Made by a program: the position numbers and the translations under genes. A stretch of DNA of 35,571 bases from an uncultured virus (IMG/VR IMGVR_UViG_3300027732_000002) (taxonomy: Duplodnaviria; Heunggongvirae; Uroviricota; Caudoviricetes): the IMG/VR virus record IMGVR_UViG_3300027732_000002. One strand, given 5' to 3'. This document shows positions 9,933 to 17,136 of the stretch, one piece after another (positions within the stretch are counted from its first letter, which is position 1; the number at the start of each line of letters is the position of its first letter). The notes under the pieces were generated by a model. It searched no databases. It was given only the letters and a program-made list of their open reading frames with translations, and had not been told where the DNA came from.

Positions 9933-9961
9933 ATTATAGGGCTTTTGGCTCTATGAATCAA
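9933..9961 (-). promoter_or_regulatory. sigma70-type promoter (probably leaderless mRNA)
   Basis: TTGATT-17-TATAAT with 6 nt before the ATG. Confidence 0.7.
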
Positions 9962-9971
9962 GTGAGAAATT

Positions 9972-10214
9972 TCAAATGTGTTTGCGTCGAAGCATTTCTT
10001 CGAAGGTGTTAAAACACTTCTCGAACTTGTGTGCGTATAGAGTTGCAATGGCTTCTACAAGTTGGTCTTGATTGCTATGCCCTAGGGTCGACTTTAGATC
10101 CTCAATAATGCTCCAGCAGTTCATAAACTCCTGTTCGAAGTCGAAACGGCTATAATCTTCTGTTTCAATGTAAGTAGCGGTAGGAAATTCTTTTGTTTGC
10201 TTAGTCTTCTTCAT
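9972..10214 (-). CDS. Hypothetical protein
   Basis: 80 aa ORF overlapping the clpP end; RFDFEQEFMNCWSIIEDL. Confidence 0.7.
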   Translation of the reverse strand: MKKTKQTKEFPTATYIETEDYSRFDFEQEFMNCWSIIEDLKSTLGHSNQDQLVEAIATLYAHKFEKCFNTFEEMLRRKHI

Positions 10215-10779
10215 TTTTGCTTTCTTTGCGTAGGTTTGCTAGTTTGTCGTGGATTGCTTTAACTCGTGTTCGTACTTCGTCTGAGTCCATCCAAATGTCT
10301 TTGTTTTCCAACATTTGAGTAATTTCTGTTGATGTTAAAAACTCCTTGTAAACATTTTCTAGTAGTTTGCGTGACCAAGCTCGTTCAAACTGAATTTGGT
10401 CGTAAATTTCACCACCCTTACCAAATGCACCACCTGCGTAATTGTGGAACATAAATAAAGCATGATCGCAGATTTCTAGTTCATCTGCGGATAAAAAGAT
10501 CATTGTAGCAGCAGACATACACGCGCCTTCTACTGAACAGATTACATATGCTGAGGTGGACTTTAGCGCGTGCATAAACTGGATTGCAGTATCTACATTA
10601 CCACCCGGGCTGTTGATGTAGATCTTTACAGTATCTTGGTCACTAGCAGAACGAATTACGTTTAACCATTCTACATAATCTTCTGGTTCTGTGATCTCTC
10701 CGGAAAGGTAAAACTCATGCAGTTGAGCAATAGTCTTACTAAAAACATTCTTGGGCTTGCTATCTTCTAGGTCAAACAT
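10201..10779 (-). CDS. clpP: ClpP-like serine protease
   Basis: YINSPGG, ACMSAATMI (catalytic Ser), FMFH (His), DIWM (Asp). Confidence 0.9.
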   Translation of the reverse strand: MFDLEDSKPKNVFSKTIAQLHEFYLSGEITEPEDYVEWLNVIRSASDQDTVKIYINSPGGNVDTAIQFMHALKSTSAYVICSVEGACMSAATMIFLSADELEICDHALFMFHNYAGGAFGKGGEIYDQIQFERAWSRKLLENVYKEFLTSTEITQMLENKDIWMDSDEVRTRVKAIHDKLANLRKESKNEED

Positions 10780-10803
10780 GGTCAGCCCTTTATAAAAAGT
10801 TGA

Positions 10804-10877
10804 TGGAGCGACAAGTGGGAATCGAACCCACGTCCTTAGCTTGGAAGGCTATGATTCTGCCATTGAACTACTGTCGC
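10804..10877 (-). tRNA. tRNA-Gly(TCC)
   Basis: Cloverleaf, loop CTTCCAA, GTTCGATTC, encoded CCA. Confidence 0.93.
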
Positions 10878-10957
10878 GGCTATGGTATATCCCATCAAAA
10901 GCACTCTCACGGTTTATCTTTCCGTTCCTGAATACACAGACAAGAGTGCTTTTGATG

Positions 10958-11252
10958 TGGGGGAATATTATTGGATAAGGAATTCCCCCGAAACCTCAGC
11001 TTAGCTAGTTTTTCAGGCTGCTAGAGCGAATTGTAGATCGTTTGCATTTAATTGCTTTGCTTGATTTACAGTCATCGCCTACTGGATTGTCCATGCATAT
11101 ACTCTTTGCCCTGTCGAAACCTTGTCAGCCCCATCAAAAGCATACTAAGACCTTTTGGCTACTGCCGATACTAGTCAGAATATGCTTTTGGTGGAGCTGG
11201 CGGGAATCGAACCCGCGTCCAGAACTTATTTCTAATTACTTCATACAATCAT
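10958..11252 (-). ncRNA. ssrA: Permuted (two-piece) tmRNA, tag ANDLQFALAA; outer ends approximate
   Basis: Acceptor piece ending GGTTCGATTCCCGCCAGCTCCACCA (11189) comes before an intervening hairpin and the GGGGCTGAC..GGTTTCGAC start (11132); tag frame 11045-11013. Confidence 0.9.
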
Positions 11253-11253
11253 A

Positions 11254-11322
11254 GCATCTCGGTTTGGATTCGAACCTTGTCCTAGTGTTGTCCACCCGCA
11301 CGTCCCACCGTACTGACCGAAA
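11254..11322 (-). ncRNA. tRNA-like element (degenerate)
   Basis: Acceptor-like TTTCGGT/ACCGAGA and GGTTCGAATCC T-loop, but no canonical anticodon arm or CCA. Confidence 0.45.
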
Positions 11323-11325
11323 ATT

Positions 11326-11517
11326 TTACCAAGTAACTGGTTCTTTAGTGATTGTGCGTAGACCCATGTTTACTAGGCACAATAGCCCTGCTTGCATGGT
11401 GGGGTCAAAGATAAACCCAGACTGCATTTGCATAAATAGCCCTAGTACTGCTAGGACGTTAATCCATAGTGTTTTAGATAGCCAAAATGCTTTTCCTGTT
11501 AATACTTGTTCTGTCAT
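11326..11517 (-). CDS. Small two-TM membrane protein (holin-like)
   Basis: KAFWLSKTLWINVL...GLRTITKEPV; two hydrophobic segments. Confidence 0.65.
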   Translation of the reverse strand: MTEQVLTGKAFWLSKTLWINVLAVLGLFMQMQSGFIFDPTMQAGLLCLVNMGLRTITKEPVTW

Positions 11518-11774
11518 GTTCGATCCTTAATGTTGGTGTCAATAAATTGACGTAGGCTGTGGGTTAGGTCAAAGTCAGCCTTTAGTTCTTCAACGGCATC
11601 AATAAAATCTTGAAGTAGGCCGTCATACTCAGCGGCAAAACTGTCGCGCTCGGTAGGCTCGATCTCTGAAACCTCAATACCTATCAACTTATTACTAGGT
11701 TCACGAATAACAAGAACCTTGCGGTTAGTAATCTTGCCTTTTGCGTCTGTGTAAGTAAATTCAGTATATTTCAT
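11514..11774 (-). CDS. Hypothetical protein
   Basis: 86 aa ORF with GAGG RBS, behind a promoter. Confidence 0.75.
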   Translation of the reverse strand: MKYTEFTYTDAKGKITNRKVLVIREPSNKLIGIEVSEIEPTERDSFAAEYDGLLQDFIDAVEELKADFDLTHSLRQFIDTNIKDRT

Positions 11775-11800
11775 AGTTGTTTGTGGCCTCGTGAATATCT

Positions 11801-11829
11801 ATTATACACAAAATGATCGACAACATCAA
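11801..11829 (-). promoter_or_regulatory. sigma70-type promoter
   Basis: TTGATG-17-TATAAT. Confidence 0.7.
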
Positions 11830-11839
11830 GTGTAAAATT

Positions 11840-12103
11840 TTACTCTTGATTATTCAAAAACGATTTATGGAGTGCGTGACGAAATGTAGCCCCCATTTTT
11901 GGTATAATTACTAGTGGAAAGAATAAAGGAGCCACAATGAATATTAGTACCGCGCTAGCTAGGTAAGTAATCCAACTATGTTTAACTACTGTAATTTCTG
12001 GGTTTTTGCCTTTTAATACCCAGATTACTGGCATTACCAGTTCATAAACACCTGCTATTGCCGTTGTTAAAGCAAATATCAGATAGATCTCTAACCCCGT
12101 CAA
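11840..12103 (-). CDS. Membrane protein, hypothetical
   Basis: Two hydrophobic segments; TTGA coupling to the upstream gene. Confidence 0.7.
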   Translation of the reverse strand: MTGLEIYLIFALTTAIAGVYELVMPVIWVLKGKNPEITVVKHSWITYLASAVLIFIVAPLFFPLVIIPKMGATFRHALHKSFLNNQE

Positions 12104-12495
12104 AACTTAACACCTGTTACAACACGAGCACGGGCCTCTAGTGTGAACATACCAAACTCAGAAGTAGACTTGGTTTTGACTGCAACACTAAATGGGCCTG
12201 GTAGGGTTAATGCTGGGGCCGAGACTTTTTCGTTTGTTGAAAAGATTTCAGGATGGCACACACCCTTAAACTCCTTCATTAGCCCAGCAATACGTCGCTT
12301 AGTACTACTCCACATTGCGGTGGTAGGGGTCTTACGACGATAATGAATATTCTTCATTGCTGTAACGATTTGTTCGTTATTTGGGTGGCGTTTTTGTGCT
12401 CGCAGAAGCTTTGCTAGTCGATTGGTTTCCCAACGCTTTGTGCCCTTATAGCTAGATGCTTGAGACTCTTTACTAGCGCCTTTTTTATTTGCCAT
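12100..12495 (-). CDS. Basic hypothetical protein
   Basis: 131 aa Lys/Arg-rich ORF in a coupled operon. Confidence 0.75.
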   Translation of the reverse strand: MANKKGASKESQASSYKGTKRWETNRLAKLLRAQKRHPNNEQIVTAMKNIHYRRKTPTTAMWSSTKRRIAGLMKEFKGVCHPEIFSTNEKVSAPALTLPGPFSVAVKTKSTSEFGMFTLEARARVVTGVKF

Positions 12496-12748
12496 TATAT
12501 TTATTTCCTACTAGAATTGTGTTGTTTTTGGTAATGGACAGTTCAATCATATCCATACTGTCCAGCAATTTTAAGCTGTGTAGTACGTCGTCTTCTGATT
12601 CGCAAATAGTGCCCCCTAGGTATAGGAACGCTTGCGTTAGATTTAGTGCTTGTTGGGTTAGTAGTTGAGGAGCACGACTAGGAAACAGCGAAAGGATGCT
12701 GCTTAGCGGGTTAAAATCATTGATCGGTGTGACTTTCATTTTGTACAA
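12485..12748 (-). CDS. Hypothetical protein
   Basis: Fills the gap between thyX and the next gene, overlapping both. Confidence 0.6.
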   Translation of the reverse strand: MYKMKVTPINDFNPLSSILSLFPSRAPQLLTQQALNLTQAFLYLGGTICESEDDVLHSLKLLDSMDMIELSITKNNTILVGNKYNGK

Positions 12749-13391
12749 TGTTTGAGATACTAGGAAATTGTTCTACCATAATGTCTAGGCATAGATTTGC
12801 TACTTCACGGTGTTCTTTTTGAGTTTCGATACCACAGCGTAACTGGCAGTAATGAATCCAACTTCGAAGGTTACCGGCCATGTATAGCCGACTCATTGTA
12901 TTGCCTTCGGGTAACACAGCGCGAGCCTGTTCCTTAGCAATGCCATTAGTAATTGCCCAGTTATAGACTTGGCGAGTAAGTCCAATAAGACCTTGCTGTT
13001 TTTCTTCCCAGAGTTGTGCTAGCTCGCGATCGGTTGCAGGAGTACTAGCCTGACGATTCTTGGCATCCTGCATACGACACTCACGAACCTCAAAGCCTAG
13101 TTCATCACCACGAGCATAGCGTTGGCTAAACTCTTGGAAACTAAATGAGCGATGACGAAGAATTTGACGAGCAATGTCGCGGGTTGTCTGGATTTCCATT
13201 ACCATGGAAACCATCTCAAATGGTGACCAATGTTGGTGACGAACTAGATAGCTCAGCAGTTTATTAGAAGTTGTGGTATTGGCCTGATTTGCAGGATTAC
13301 TAACACGAGCTGCGTAGGCTACTAGATCTTCTGCACTATCGGCCACGTCTACTACAGGCATTGTAATGCCGATTAGAGTTACGTTAGGCAA
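12717..13391 (-). CDS. thyX: Flavin-dependent thymidylate synthase
   Basis: HQHWSPFE, RQILRHRSFSFQEFSQRY (ThyX motif), KEQARAVLP, TQKEHR. Confidence 0.96.
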   Translation of the reverse strand: MPNVTLIGITMPVVDVADSAEDLVAYAARVSNPANQANTTTSNKLLSYLVRHQHWSPFEMVSMVMEIQTTRDIARQILRHRSFSFQEFSQRYARGDELGFEVRECRMQDAKNRQASTPATDRELAQLWEEKQQGLIGLTRQVYNWAITNGIAKEQARAVLPEGNTMSRLYMAGNLRSWIHYCQLRCGIETQKEHREVANLCLDIMVEQFPSISNIVQNESHTDQ

Positions 13392-13701
13392 GGATACGTA
13401 CTCCAGTGTATTGATGGGTACAGTTGATTATTTCTTCCTCGTCATCTCGCATACGCTCTTCAATTGTAGCGCGCAGGTTGATGAGTTCTTGTAGGGCATA
13501 AGTGGCTTCACATAGGGCATCAATCTGATCTAGATCAAATGGAACCATGCGACCACAAGTATCGTGCAAACGTACACACCCGTCACTATCAGTTTCCATC
13601 ATGTAGAAAAAGTGATTGCCAGTGTCTGGGTCTTGAAACATTTCGTCAGTTTCGGCGTGGGTATATTCTTCGGGATCGACTTCAGCAAAAAAGATTTTCA
13701 T
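13384..13701 (-). CDS. Hypothetical acidic protein
   Basis: 105 aa ORF overlapping the thyX start. Confidence 0.75.
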   Translation of the reverse strand: MKIFFAEVDPEEYTHAETDEMFQDPDTGNHFFYMMETDSDGCVRLHDTCGRMVPFDLDQIDALCEATYALQELINLRATIEERMRDDEEEIINCTHQYTGVRILA

Positions 13702-13742
13702 TTTAGTTGATTTGTTTGGTTGTAGTGGTGGGGTGAATATAA

Positions 13743-13771
13743 ATTATATCGCAATTTAACAACAACTTCAA
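13743..13771 (-). promoter_or_regulatory. sigma70-type promoter
   Basis: TTGAAG-17-TATAAT. Confidence 0.7.
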
Positions 13772-13788
13772 GTATGTTTTTTCAAACT

Positions 13789-13821
13789 AAAAAAGCCCTA
13801 GAAGGTTGGTTCTAGGGCTTT
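13789..13821 (-). terminator. Rho-independent terminator
   Basis: AAAGCCCTAGAA/TTCTAGGGCTTT stem plus T tail on the minus strand. Confidence 0.8.
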
Positions 13822-13921
13822 GGTTAGATATGTACTACAGTACAAAAGTTAGCACGGTTAAAGTGCCAGACTAGGAATGTGTTTGGTAGTTGTGGTGGGA
13901 AATGATAAATAACAGGTGTGC

Positions 13922-14086
13922 TCAAAATAACTCCAGTTGAGTAGGTTCGCGATAACATACTACACCTTTGCCAAGGTCTTGCAGGTCATTGAAGTATTCT
14001 AGTGACACATCAAGAACACAATTGCAACAGCGATAGTTATAGTGACCTTTGTCATTTATACTCTGAAACACCCATAAGTGACTCAT
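13922..14086 (-). CDS. Small Cys-containing protein ending in QLELF (54 aa, not in ORF track)
   Basis: Read manually: ATGA overlap; MSHLWVFQSINDKGHYNYRCCNC...REPTQLELF. Confidence 0.55.
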   Translation of the reverse strand: MSHLWVFQSINDKGHYNYRCCNCVLDVSLEYFNDLQDLGKGVVCYREPTQLELF

Positions 14087-14376
14087 TCTGGCCGTTCCGT
14101 AGGAAAAGGCCAGGGGGTGAAATCTACTTCATACTCGTCTGCTTCTTCCGGCTCGGCGTCTACAGGCTTTTTACCAACTTTGATAATGTTAATATCAAAG
14201 CCCAGCTCGTGGCCCATGTCGGCAACTAGAGACTCTACGTCTAAGTATAGGTGGCCTTCTGTGTCAGTTTCTACATCAAAGTAGTCCTGTAGAGCGTGTA
14301 GTTTGCTCTCGGCCTTAATAACAGTCTGGCTAAGTCCAGAAGTTTCTGAAAACTCTGCGATTACATATTTTCTCAT
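14083..14376 (-). CDS. Hypothetical acidic protein
   Basis: Start MRKYVI at 14376 (TAATG coupling). Confidence 0.7.
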   Translation of the reverse strand: MRKYVIAEFSETSGLSQTVIKAESKLHALQDYFDVETDTEGHLYLDVESLVADMGHELGFDINIIKVGKKPVDAEPEEADEYEVDFTPWPFPTERPE

Positions 14377-14510
14377 TATAGATACTCGATAAACATTAGT
14401 GGGCCAAAACGTGTAACACGTCGAACTAAACCTGAGTTGTACTGGGTATCTCGCCACATAAAAGGTGTGCCACGATACCAGTGGGTAAACATGAATCTAT
14501 AGTGCTTCAT
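14376..14510 (-). CDS. Small hypothetical protein (44 aa)
   Basis: Read manually: MKHYRFMFTHWYRG...; coupled at both ends. Confidence 0.45.
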   Translation of the reverse strand: MKHYRFMFTHWYRGTPFMWRDTQYNSGLVRRVTRFGPLMFIEYL

Positions 14511-14671
14511 TTCATGCTAGAGATTAGTTTAGCGGTTTGTTGAGAAAACACTGGTACTGCGTTAGACTTGTGCATTGTTGCAATGCCCAACATTTCTGTA
14601 CCGGTATATCGCTTAACAGGCTTTAGCGCTGTTGAACCACAAAACTTTTGTTTGAATGTGTCGTTTGTCAT
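14507..14671 (-). CDS. Small phage hypothetical protein (YTGxxMLGIATMHKSNAVPVF type)
   Basis: Read manually; I recognise the motif from aquatic phage genomes. Confidence 0.65.
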   Translation of the reverse strand: MTNDTFKQKFCGSTALKPVKRYTGTEMLGIATMHKSNAVPVFSQQTAKLISSMK

Positions 14672-14685
14672 AGTTTTAATTTAGT

Positions 14686-14760
14686 TGGCTCCTCAGACTG
14701 GGATCGAACCAATGACCGAAGCATTAACAGTGCTTAGCTCTGCCTCTGAGCTACTGAGGA
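14686..14760 (-). tRNA. tRNA-Asn(GTT)
   Basis: Cloverleaf, loop CTGTTAA, CCA. Confidence 0.93.
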
Positions 14761-14761
14761 A

Positions 14762-15070
14762 TTAAGTGTGTGTTACTTTCTTAATGGCGGTTTGTTTAAT
14801 AGCCGAAGTACAAATAGCACAGGGCTTTGACAATACAGGCTGACCCTGTTCATTATAACGAAAGATACTAATGGAGTGAGCTTTTGAAATATCTAAGCAA
14901 CGAGTAATAGCATGGATCTCAGCGTGTAAAAAGATCTTGTAGTCTTCACCAACCCTAGCAGCGTGTTTAGCCTGCAGTGGGTGTGATTTAACGTAGTTAT
15001 TCTGACCGATTGAAAGCACGTTGCCTTTACGATCATAAATAATAGCGGTTACTTTGTGTCGTTTACTCAT
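14762..15070 (-). CDS. Zinc-dependent cytidine/dCMP-deaminase-fold protein
   Basis: HAE and PCAIC zinc motifs. Confidence 0.85.
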   Translation of the reverse strand: MSKRHKVTAIIYDRKGNVLSIGQNNYVKSHPLQAKHAARVGEDYKIFLHAEIHAITRCLDISKAHSISIFRYNEQGQPVLSKPCAICTSAIKQTAIKKVTHT

Positions 15071-15081
15071 GATCCTAATCG

Positions 15082-15125
15082 TGTTGCTTAAAGATTATTA
15101 TACAATCTTTAAGCAACAAAATCAA
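15082..15125 (-). promoter_or_regulatory. sigma70 promoter whose -10 sits in the loop of a 15-bp inverted repeat
   Basis: TTGATT(15125-15120)-17-TATAAT(15102-15097); arms 15082-15096 and 15104-15118. Confidence 0.75.
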
Positions 15126-15280
15126 GATGATTTTGTTGCCCCTGCGTGCACGCAGAGAACTGTAACAAGGACGCGTACAGAGCCTAATTTGTCCACTTTG
15201 TTTACGTTCTAAAGTCTCTTGGTGAAGCACCTTCCTCTTAGGGCGGTAATGCTCTCTGAGCTTTCGGTAACGAACACTTG

Positions 15281-15475
15281 TTACTTGTCTTTATTAACCA
15301 TTTTATACATATCTTCCATACTCAGGTACTCACTAGAACTATCTTTCCTAGGTACCATCTCATCCTGAATATGAATAGCGGCTGCCGCTGCGTGGCAAGC
15401 CTCTAGGGTATTAAATACGCAGCTGCCATTGACGCCGTACTTGTACTTGCCGTTTGAACATTTCATGCAAGGCAT
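15281..15475 (-). CDS. Small Cys-rich hypothetical protein
   Basis: AAGGAG RBS; start MPCMKCSNGKYKYG (the longer ORF runs into tRNA-Cys). Confidence 0.7.
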   Translation of the reverse strand: MPCMKCSNGKYKYGVNGSCVFNTLEACHAAAAAIHIQDEMVPRKDSSSEYLSMEDMYKMVNKDK

Positions 15476-15494
15476 GACTAACTCCTTAATTGAC

Positions 15495-15569
15495 TGGACA
15501 CCCGAGTAGGACTCAAACCTACATAAAGTGGATTTGCAATCCACTGCATGATCTCTCTGCCATCGAGTG
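15495..15569 (-). tRNA. tRNA-Cys(GCA)
   Basis: Loop TTGCAAA, U73, CCA; atypical T-loop TTTGAGT. Confidence 0.88.
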
Positions 15570-15573
15570 GTTG

Positions 15574-15648
15574 TGGCGGTCTCAAGGGGTAACGATCCCC
15601 TTCCTCATGCGTGACAGGCATGTATGCGTCCGTGAACACTTTAAGACC
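15574..15648 (-). tRNA. tRNA-Asp(GTC)
   Basis: Loop CTGTCAC, G73, CCA; atypical T-loop ATCGTTA. Confidence 0.88.
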
Positions 15649-15653
15649 TGATA

Positions 15654-15730
15654 TGGTGCGGAAGGAGAGACTCGAACTCTCAGCTTACGGCTTCTAAGAC
15701 CGCTGCGTTTACCAATTTCGCCACTCCCGC
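15654..15730 (-). tRNA. tRNA-Leu(TAG), short variable loop
   Basis: Loop CTTAGAA, CCA, 77 nt. Confidence 0.9.
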
Positions 15731-15999
15731 TATGCTACAACGCCTGCTGTTATTACTACCACAGTAGACTCTTTTTCGTAAAGTTCCCAGTGTGGAAAAT
15801 ATCTAAAGGGTTCGTGTACATAAGTACCGTCTTCCTTTAGTATCATATAACTAAGGCGACTAACACGTTCATTGTACTCTGGATTGTTATCCTCGTAAGT
15901 ACCAATGTAGTGATGTTCTAGATCACGATTATCGCCTGGAACTACAAAAAACTGTGTTCCAATGACTTCTGAATCATACCAACAAATAATTGTTTTCAT
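15730..15999 (-). CDS. Hypothetical protein
   Basis: 89 aa ORF between tRNAs. Confidence 0.7.
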   Translation of the reverse strand: MKTIICWYDSEVIGTQFFVVPGDNRDLEHHYIGTYEDNNPEYNERVSRLSYMILKEDGTYVHEPFRYFPHWELYEKESTVVVITAGVVA

Positions 16000-16013
16000 A
16001 ATACCTAAAATGT

Positions 16014-16089
16014 TGGTGCCCCCACTACGATTCGAACGCAGGACCTACGGTTTACAAAACCGTTGCTCTACCTGCTGAGCTATAGGGGC
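16014..16089 (-). tRNA. tRNA-Thr(TGT)
   Basis: ACGGT-TTTGTAA-ACCGT anticodon arm, CCA. Confidence 0.92.
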
Positions 16090-16097
16090 GAAAAACT

Positions 16098-16172
16098 TGG
16101 TGGACCGCCGGAGGATCGAACTCCGACTAAAGCCTTGCAAAGGCCCTGTGCTCCCATTATCACTAGCAGCCC
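16098..16172 (-). tRNA. tRNA-Ala(TGC)
   Basis: Loop TTTGCAA, G3-U70 pair, CCA. Confidence 0.92.
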
Positions 16173-16422
16173 ATATTGAAACACACCCAGACGTAGTAGG
16201 TCTTTAGTCCAGCAAGATACAGGGCTACTACTCCTGTCATTGCTTGAATGTGTTTCAATATGGCCCCAGTCCCTAAACTGGTGTCATATTGTCTTTGCGG
16301 AGGACGACGATCCCTGTGTATCTTGGGGGCGGACAAACACACTCTACACCGGCGTGTGTTTGTTTTTCGATAAGATCACTATAACCTAGGGAAGGGTTGT
16401 AGTGATCTTAGCACCGCGTGTC

Positions 16423-16515
16423 TGGTGGGTGTTCTTGGAGTCGAACCAAGAATGTTTACCTGATAGGACGAGATTTACAGTCTCGGGATGCACACGCCAT
16501 AGCATCAAAACACCC
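16423..16515 (-). tRNA. tRNA-Tyr(GTA)
   Basis: Loop CTGTAAA, long variable arm, CCA. Confidence 0.88.
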
Positions 16516-16521
16516 TATATC

Positions 16522-16597
16522 TGGTAGGACGAGTGGGGTACGATCCCACGGCCAATAGATTAAAAGTCTACTGCTCTACCTGCTGAGCTATCGTCCT
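16522..16597 (-). tRNA. tRNA-Lys(TTT)
   Basis: Loop CTTTTAA, CCA; atypical T-loop ATCGTAC. Confidence 0.9.
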
Positions 16598-16602
16598 GTA
16601 TC

Positions 16603-16677
16603 TGGTACTCGATAGGAGAATTGAACTCCTATTACTGGAATGAAAATCCAGCGTCCTTACCGTTAGACGAATCGAGC
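16603..16677 (-). tRNA. tRNA-Glu(TTC)
   Basis: CTGGA-TTTTCAT-TCCAG anticodon arm, CCA. Confidence 0.9.
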
Positions 16678-16684
16678 ATAAATC

Positions 16685-16760
16685 TGGTAGGCCCCCAGGG
16701 AGTCGAACCCTGTCCTAACGATTATGAGTCGTTTGCTATTACCACATTAGCTTAGGGCCC
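16685..16760 (-). tRNA. tRNA-Ile2/Met(CAT), probably Ile2
   Basis: CGACTCATAATCG anticodon arm and GGGCCCT acceptor resemble bacterial Ile2. Confidence 0.85.
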
Positions 16761-16887
16761 GAATGGTTATAGCGATTCCATAGGAGAACACACCACCCTT
16801 GCATTGTTAGGGCACGGTAAAAGAATTGAGGATTAGACCTCTCTAGTACGATGTGTTCTACTATGGAATCTCTCAGTCTAAGTATCT

Positions 16888-16916
16888 ATTATATCAACTT
16901 TTACTAGCGATATCAA
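16888..16916 (-). promoter_or_regulatory. sigma70-type promoter for the tRNA cluster
   Basis: TTGATA-17-TATAAT. Confidence 0.75.
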
Positions 16917-16923
16917 GTGTGTT

Positions 16924-17136
16924 TTATAGCCGTGTTTTCATTTCTGTTAGAGCAATCTTCAGACCACTAATTTTGTCTAAGATGACATCAAACTCAGCGT
17001 TGCTCTTTTCAGCCAGGTGCGTTTCTTCGCCTTGCACTGTTACTTCAGCACCTAGATCTCGTAATACCCTAGCGATAACAACCATAAGATATCCCTTGTG
17101 TGAGTGCTCTGGGCCGGATATTTCAATTTGAACCAT
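16924..17136 (-). CDS. Hypothetical protein
   Basis: 70 aa ORF overlapping the upstream gene. Confidence 0.65.
   Translation of the reverse strand: MVQIEISGPEHSHKGYLMVVIARVLRDLGAEVTVQGEETHLAEKSNAEFDVILDKISGLKIALTEMKTRL

Noticed and set aside
11042..11530. Plus-strand ORFs 11042-11254 and 11264-11530
   Set aside because: They are antisense to the tmRNA and a membrane-protein gene and have no RBS or recognisable motif.
15130..15280. RNase P or 6S RNA
   Set aside because: GAGGAAGG only loosely resembles the RNase P GAGGAAAGUCC motif, there is no matching P4 partner, and the region is too short. I could not see a 6S-like long duplex.
16262..16340. HDV-like (theta) ribozyme or additional tRNA
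   Set aside because: It contains GTCCTCCGC and ends GGGGCCA on the minus strand, but I could not build the nested double pseudoknot or a cloverleaf.
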